From assembly GCF_001194135.2 (NCBI RefSeq), contig NC_068995.1, positions 21,239,638 through 21,297,330 on the forward strand: DNA of 57,693 nucleotides, in the 5' to 3' direction. The first letter of the stretch is position 1; the number at the start of each line of letters is the position of its first letter. Below, piece by piece: positions 51,610 through 57,693 of this stretch. The notes beneath the pieces were generated by a model that saw only the letters and a program-made list of their open reading frames with translations, was not told the DNA's origin and did no database searches. Source of the stretch: Octopus bimaculoides. Its lineage: Eukaryota. The position numbers and the translations under genes are program-made.

Positions 51610-52425
51610 CATACACACAAAAGCACGCAGTCACACATAACACACACACACACGCAGGCGCCCGTGCACACACACACGCACACACACACACTCACACGAA
51701 CAAACATTTATATTTATATCTACTGGGCAGCTAGTTCTGTAGCAGAGAAGGATTTCTGCTCTTTGTCTCATATCTGGCCATATGTGTCGACACTGGGATG
51801 CATTCCTTAACAGTGTTCACGAGGTCTTAGTAACTATAGTACGATTTTATAGTCTTATCGGCTGTTCTCTTGAACATTTTCTTCTCTCGTAATGGTGCTG
51901 ATTAAGGTAGTTAGTAATATGAGGAAAGTTAGTGACTCTAGTTAACAGTATGTTAAAGACAGAGATCAAACGAATACTTATATTCTTTCTATGCGGTCAA
52001 CACATTTCGGTACTGCTTCTCTCCTTTCTTGAAAGCAAAGATATTCGGCGTTGTCCCATATTCTTTGCTTTTCTCCCGAATCAGTCACCACATTGTAGGC
52101 TTCACAGTGGTGTTATTACAAATTCATTCTTACATATGAATCTGTATGTTCGTTCGTATCTGACTAACTTTCTTGCCCTTGTGTATATATTCATAATTTG
52201 ATGTGTTTACATTTCAATGTAAATTGTTAGTTTTCATCTCTCTGTCTCTCTTTCTTTTCTCTCCCTCTCTGTATACCGAAACTCACTACTATATGTTTAT
52301 ATACATACATACATACATGCACACATATATATACCCATACACACATATGTATGTGTACATATATGTATATATATATATATATATATATANNNNNNNNNNN
52401 NNNNNGTGCGTGTGTGTATAGGTGC

Positions 52426-52473
<48 letters not shown>

Positions 52474-53223
52474 TCTTTCTCAATAGTAGAACGTTGACCT
52501 GATATCGCAGTCTCAGGAAATTTGATAGCACTAATCAGATACGTATGTCTGTAATAAAATTTGGTTGATTTCGCTACACTATTTTCTAACGGAAAACGCC
52601 ATCAGTGAACTTAGGAGATTACAAAAAGTTGAAAATCTCTGCGAACTCTTCTATCAAATGCTTTCTCAACAGTGTCCGTTCTCATTATGGTTCAGCACAC
52701 ACTTTCTACTACGCACGCATGCATTTGAACAACTACGCACCAATTTTACACTTCAAAACATTTTCGAGCATTTTTGGGAGAACCAGATCAAGATTACATT
52801 TGTGAAAATCTTACTTGCAGTAGCCTAAAGATTGTGAGAGGAAATTTTCTATTGATTCAAACGTATTCAATTCAACAAAATATCATAAATATATATTTTT
52901 ACCATGACATCCGACAGGAGACTGCAAGGAAGATAACTTCCTGAACTGAAGTAAACATATTTATTAAAATATGGTAAAATAATATCTGACGTTTTATTCC
53001 GAAGGATACTGTATTCCCTCCTGAGTTCCCATGCTGACAGTTGTAGCAGGAATGTTGCTACGTGGAATTTCCTAGATAAAACAATGAAAATATATTCGGC
53101 AAGTATGACGTATTACGTATACATACATGCATAGATACGTACGTACGTACATACATACATACATACATACATACATACATACATACATACGTACATACAT
53201 ACATATATACATACATACATAAA

Positions 53224-53560
53224 ATGATTCGGTATAGAGAAGTGAAACTGTGTACAGTTGTGGAAATTAGCTGCCCAGCGGATGTTAACATAAAGCTAAA
53301 GACCAGCGGAGAAGAGAATACCTGCGCTGAACTATTGAGAATTGAGAAATCTGCAGTTACTCTATCCATATTACATTTTCAGGTTTATGCCTGTAATTAT
53401 TGGGGCACTCGGATATGTAACACACTAGCTAAATACCAAACTTGATAAATTAGGATTCTTAAAACCAGAAAGGAGAAAGCTAATTCGAAGGCTACAGAAT
53501 GAAGCCACCACTGGAACTGTAAAATCTGTAAAACTTTCCAGAAGTTTATCCTTAAAGCAT
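53224..53560 (+). mobile_element. RLE endonuclease 3' end of an R4/Dong-like non-LTR retrotransposon
   Basis: KLCTVVEISCPADVNIKLK..ENTCAELLR; after a frameshift NLQLLYPYYIFRFMPVIIGALGYVT..DKLGFLKPERRKLIRRLQNEATTGT. Confidence 0.9.
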
Positions 53561-53906
53561 ATATAAGCATGTCTAGACATGCAACTATATGCATGAAAAT
53601 ATATGCATAAAACAAAACGCACACATCTGTACGTATACATACATACCTTTTAATGTTGCTGAAATTCCAATGAAGCAGCCGGGGATCTAGGTTAGACACC
53701 GGCTCTTTCTCTATTGGTAAGAAATCTTGAAATAAAACTGAATAATAACATGCATACATATATATATATATGTACAAAAACGCTCATACTCACATGCATA
53801 CGCATGGAGATACATACGTATATCCCCAGTTACATGTCTTTGTTGTTGAGTAAATGTGAGTGTATATGTGTGTATGAGGGAAGGCTTCAATGTAGCATCG
53901 AGTCCT

Positions 53907-53972
<66 letters not shown>

Positions 53973-54586
53973 NNNNNNNNNNNNNNNNNNNNNNNNNNNN
54001 NNNNNNNNNNNNNNNNNNNNNNNNNNNNNNNNNNNNNNNNNNNNNNNNNNNNNNNNNNNNNNNNNNNNNNNNNNNNNNNNNNNNNNNNNNNNNNNNNNNN
54101 NNNNNNNNNNNNNNNNNNNNNNNNNNNNNNNNNNNNNNNNNNNNNNNNNNNNNNNNNNNNNNNNNNNNNNNNNNNNNNNNNNNNNNNNNNNNNNNNNNNN
54201 NNNNNNNNNNNNNNNNNNNNNNNNNNNNNNNNNNNNNNNNNNNNNNNNNNNNNNNNNNNNNNNNNNNNNNNNNNNNNNNNNNNNNNNNNNNNNNNNNNNN
54301 NNNNNNNNNNNNNNNNNNNNNNNNNNNNNNNNNNNNNNNNNNNNNNNNNNNNNNNNNNNNNNNNNNNNNNNNNNNNNNNNNNNNNNNNNNNNNNNNNNNN
54401 NNNNNNNNNNNNNNNNNNNNNNNNNNNNNNNNNNNNNNNNNNNNNNNNNNNNNNNNNNNNNNNNNNNNNNNNNNNNNNNNNNNNNNNNNNNNNNNNNNNN
54501 NNNNNNNNNNNNNNNNNNNNNNNNNNNNNNNNNNNNNNNNNNNNNNNNNNNNNNNNNNNNNNNNNNNNNNNNNNNNNNNNNNNNNN

Positions 54587-54630
<44 letters not shown>

Positions 54631-55539
54631 TGTTTGTGTATGTGAGTATGTGTGTGTATTTGTGCTCATGTGTCTTTGTGTATGTGCGCCTCTGTGTACG
54701 TCTGTTCTGGGTGTCTCTTTGTCGATGCGTGCATGCGTGAATATTATTTGAAATTTTGCAAATATCTTTAGATGCATACATACATATATATAATGATTTG
54801 GGATAGAGAAGTTATATTTGTCATTGAAAAATATAGCATACTAAATAAATCTTGGGTAAAAAGTAAGAATTGATAGCATGCGTATTTTTGACAGCCGCCC
54901 CTGTTTCGGTTACTTTTCAACTCTTTATACTGGCATATTGCCAATACAAACTTCTGCTTCTTTGCTCGAATCCTACTATCTAATGTATGCATACATATGT
55001 GCCAGTGCATGCGGTCTGTGTACGTTCATGCATATGAATATACATAAACACACACATACACATATATTAGCATAACAACAGCTTTCATCCCTAAATTAGA
55101 ACAAGTTTTGCTGAAAAGGTTGTATTTCTTCCGTACTACGTTTAACATGGTGAATAGGATTTAATTCATTTTACTAGCATTCTTTAAGAAATCCTAAACC
55201 TGTTCCAAAGTCTTTTAATAATAAAAAAAGGACAGATGTTGATTCTAAATGCTATTAGGTAATAACTCTACGAGTTGATAAATGTTTGCCTAATAAATTT
55301 CTACTACACCAACTTTGGCAAGATTCCCGTCACTCAATCTTTTACTGATAAACAGTTAAAAGAAAATCGATACAGAATTAAGGAATATCTTGTCCTAGAA
55401 GATGAAATGAACATTAGTCCCTTAACCATATTAAATTATGGTCGTAGAAGTGTCCACCACAAGATAGTTGTTCATCTTAACAACATTAACCAGCCACTGC
55501 TGCGAGTAAAAGATAGGCACATTTTCGTAAGAATGGCCT

Positions 55540-55675
55540 TTACATTGGAGTTGACACGATTTTAGTTGAAGACACTTCAATAATGCGGCACACACCGGGT
55601 TTAAACAAGGAGCCAAGAGATTGTGAAGCGGACTTTTTTGCCACTCTGCGATGCCTACGCAAGATATTCTTATAA
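55540..55675 (-). CDS. Candidate terminal coding exon, product unknown
   Basis: Acceptor tttcagtcttgtatttcag, then (x)YKNILRRHRRVAKKSASQSLGSLFKPGVCRIIEVSSTKIVSTPM*. More GC-rich than flanks and not repetitive. No homolog recognised; a second frame is also open. Confidence 0.3.
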
Positions 55676-57054
55676 CTGAAATACAAGACTGAAATATAAA
55701 ATGCAACTTCGTTGCCATCTTTGAGGATCGAAAATAAGAAATACAAACTACAAACTGTAATGCGAAAACTATAAAAATATGACAAATATATTTAAGCACA
55801 TAACACATTTTGAGATTTTTTTTCTCTCAGGAATATATTTTCCAAACCAAAGCATTTACGTGTAAAGTGGGAGGAAATATAAAATATATAAATAAAACTG
55901 AACATAGTTCCTACGAAACGAAAAAATAAAAAAAAATTATGTCACCTGAAAAAAAAAAAAAAAAACCTAAAATTTTGTCACATTGTTTCTGGATAGCCTC
56001 AAGGAACTCATTTCATACCGAAATATGTATTACTTCGTATTTAAAAGGAGATGCTTATTTGTACNNNNNNNNNNNNNNNNNNNNNNNNNNNNNNNNNNNN
56101 NNNNNNNNNNNNNNNNNNNNNNNNNNNNNNNNNNNNNNNNNNNNNNNNNNNNNNNNNNNNNNNNNNNNNNNNNNNNNNNNNNNNNNNNNNNNNNNNNNNN
56201 NNNNNNNNNNNNNNNNNNNNNNNNNNNNNNNNNNNNNNNNNNNNNNNNNNNNNNNNNNNNNNNNNNNNNNNNNNNNNNNNNNNNNNNNNNNNNNNNNNNN
56301 NNNNNNNNNNNNNNNNNNNNNNNNNNNNNNNNNNNNNNNNNNNNNNNNNNNNNNNNNNNNNNNNNNNNNNNNNNNNNNNNNNNNNNNNNNNNNNNNNNNN
56401 NNNNNNNNNNNNNNNNNNNNNNNNNNNNNNNNNNNNNNNNNNNNNNNNNNNNNNNNNNNNNNNNNNNNNNNNNNNNNNNNNNNNNNNNNNNNNNNNNNNN
56501 NNNNNNNNNNNNNNNNNNNNNNNNNNNNNNNNNNNNNNNNNNNNNNNNNNNNNNNNNNNNNNNNNNNNNNNNNNNNNNNNNNNNNNNNNNNNNNNNNNNN
56601 NNNNNNNNNNNNNNNNNNNNNNNNNNNNNNNNNNNNNNNNNNNNNNNNNNNNNNNNNNNNNNNNNNNNNNNNNNNNNNNNNNNNNNNNNNNNNNNNNNNN
56701 NNNNNNNNNNNNNNNNNNNNNNNNNNNNNNNNNNNNNNNNNNNNNNNNNNNNNNNNNNNNNNNNNNNNNNNNNNNNNNNNNNNNNNNNNNNNNNNNNNNN
56801 NNNNNNNNNNNNNNNNNNNNNNNNNNNNNNNNNNNNNNNNNNNNNNNNNNNNNNNNNNNNNNNNNNNNNNNNNNNNNNNNNNNNNNNNNNNNNNNNNNNN
56901 NNNNNNNNNNNNNNNNNNNNNNNNNNNNNNNNNNNNNNNNNNNNNNNNNNNNNNNNNNNNNNNNNNNNNNNNNNNNNNNNNNNNNNNNNNNNNNNNNNNN
57001 NNNNNNNNNNNNNNNNNNNNNNNNNNNNNNNNNNNNNNNNNNNNNNNNNNNNNN

Positions 57055-57360
57055 CTTCTTCTTCTTCTTCTTCTTCTTCTTCTTCTTCTTCTTCTTCTTC
57101 TTCTTCTTCTTCTTCTTCTTCTTCTTCTTCTTCTTCACCTGCCGCTACTACTCTACTTGCTGGTGTTGATGGTGATGGTGGTGGTAGCGTTCGTGTTGTT
57201 GATGACGATGACAGTCTTGCTGATGGTAGAGGTGATGGTTACGCCGACAACGGTAGTATGTCAGATACCTAATGATTCTGCTAATGTTGCTGCTGAGAAT
57301 AATGATGACGATGACGACAACGATGACGATGACAATTCTGATCATGGCGCAAATGATGAT
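57055..57360. repeat. (CTT)n then degenerate (GAT/GGT/GAC)n low-complexity tract
   Basis: Read directly. Confidence 0.9.
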
Positions 57361-57693
57361 ATTCTACTTAAAGATGAAATAAAGGAAATAGCGGATAATG
57401 TGGAGAAATGAATGTTTTGTAACTGGTCATTAGTTGATCCCTAAAGCAGAGGCCTTTCTCTTTTCTTCAGAAAATCGCGTCACATTTATTCTATGAATAT
57501 CTCAATTCAAGATATTATCAATGTTCTCCAATCTGTGTGATTGCCCGTGTGTATGTGTGTATGTGTGTGTGCGAGTGCGTGTACGTATGAGTGTGCACGT
57601 GTCCTTGTGTCAGCGAGCGGGATTTTATATATAGGTATGTATATACATATAAAGATATAAATACGTACAAACTCCTAAACTAAAAACACACAC

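Overview
AT-rich, repeat-dense eukaryotic scaffold with nine N-gaps. The SINE families and microsatellite load point to an octopus genome (inference). No protein-coding gene is recognisable with confidence. Almost every ORF in the supplied track is a microsatellite, gap or transposon artefact. The sequence supports four groups of content. (1) At least four SINE-like families: family A x9, family B x5 pieces, family C x2, and an old family D. (2) Decayed LINE fragments: two RLE-endonuclease R4/Dong-like, three RTE, one CR1. (3) DNA transposons: mariner and Tc1/maT relics, plus intact non-autonomous elements with terminal inverted repeats (TIRs) and target-site duplications (TSDs) of the mariner, pogo-like, Merlin-like and piggyBac-like types. 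(4) Several long inverted repeats. The most interesting signal is at 18.5-19.2 kb. It is a tRNA-headed SINE whose tail carries a hammerhead-ribozyme-like core (CTGAAGA-stem II-GAAA) of the kind found in Penelope-like elements, present as a head-to-head pair. Other candidates are a Merlin-like MITE with an 8-bp TSD, a mariner foldback built from two transposase 3' ends, a 99-bp ungapped inverted repeat, a 43-bp near-identical duplicate, and a few low-confidence exon candidates.
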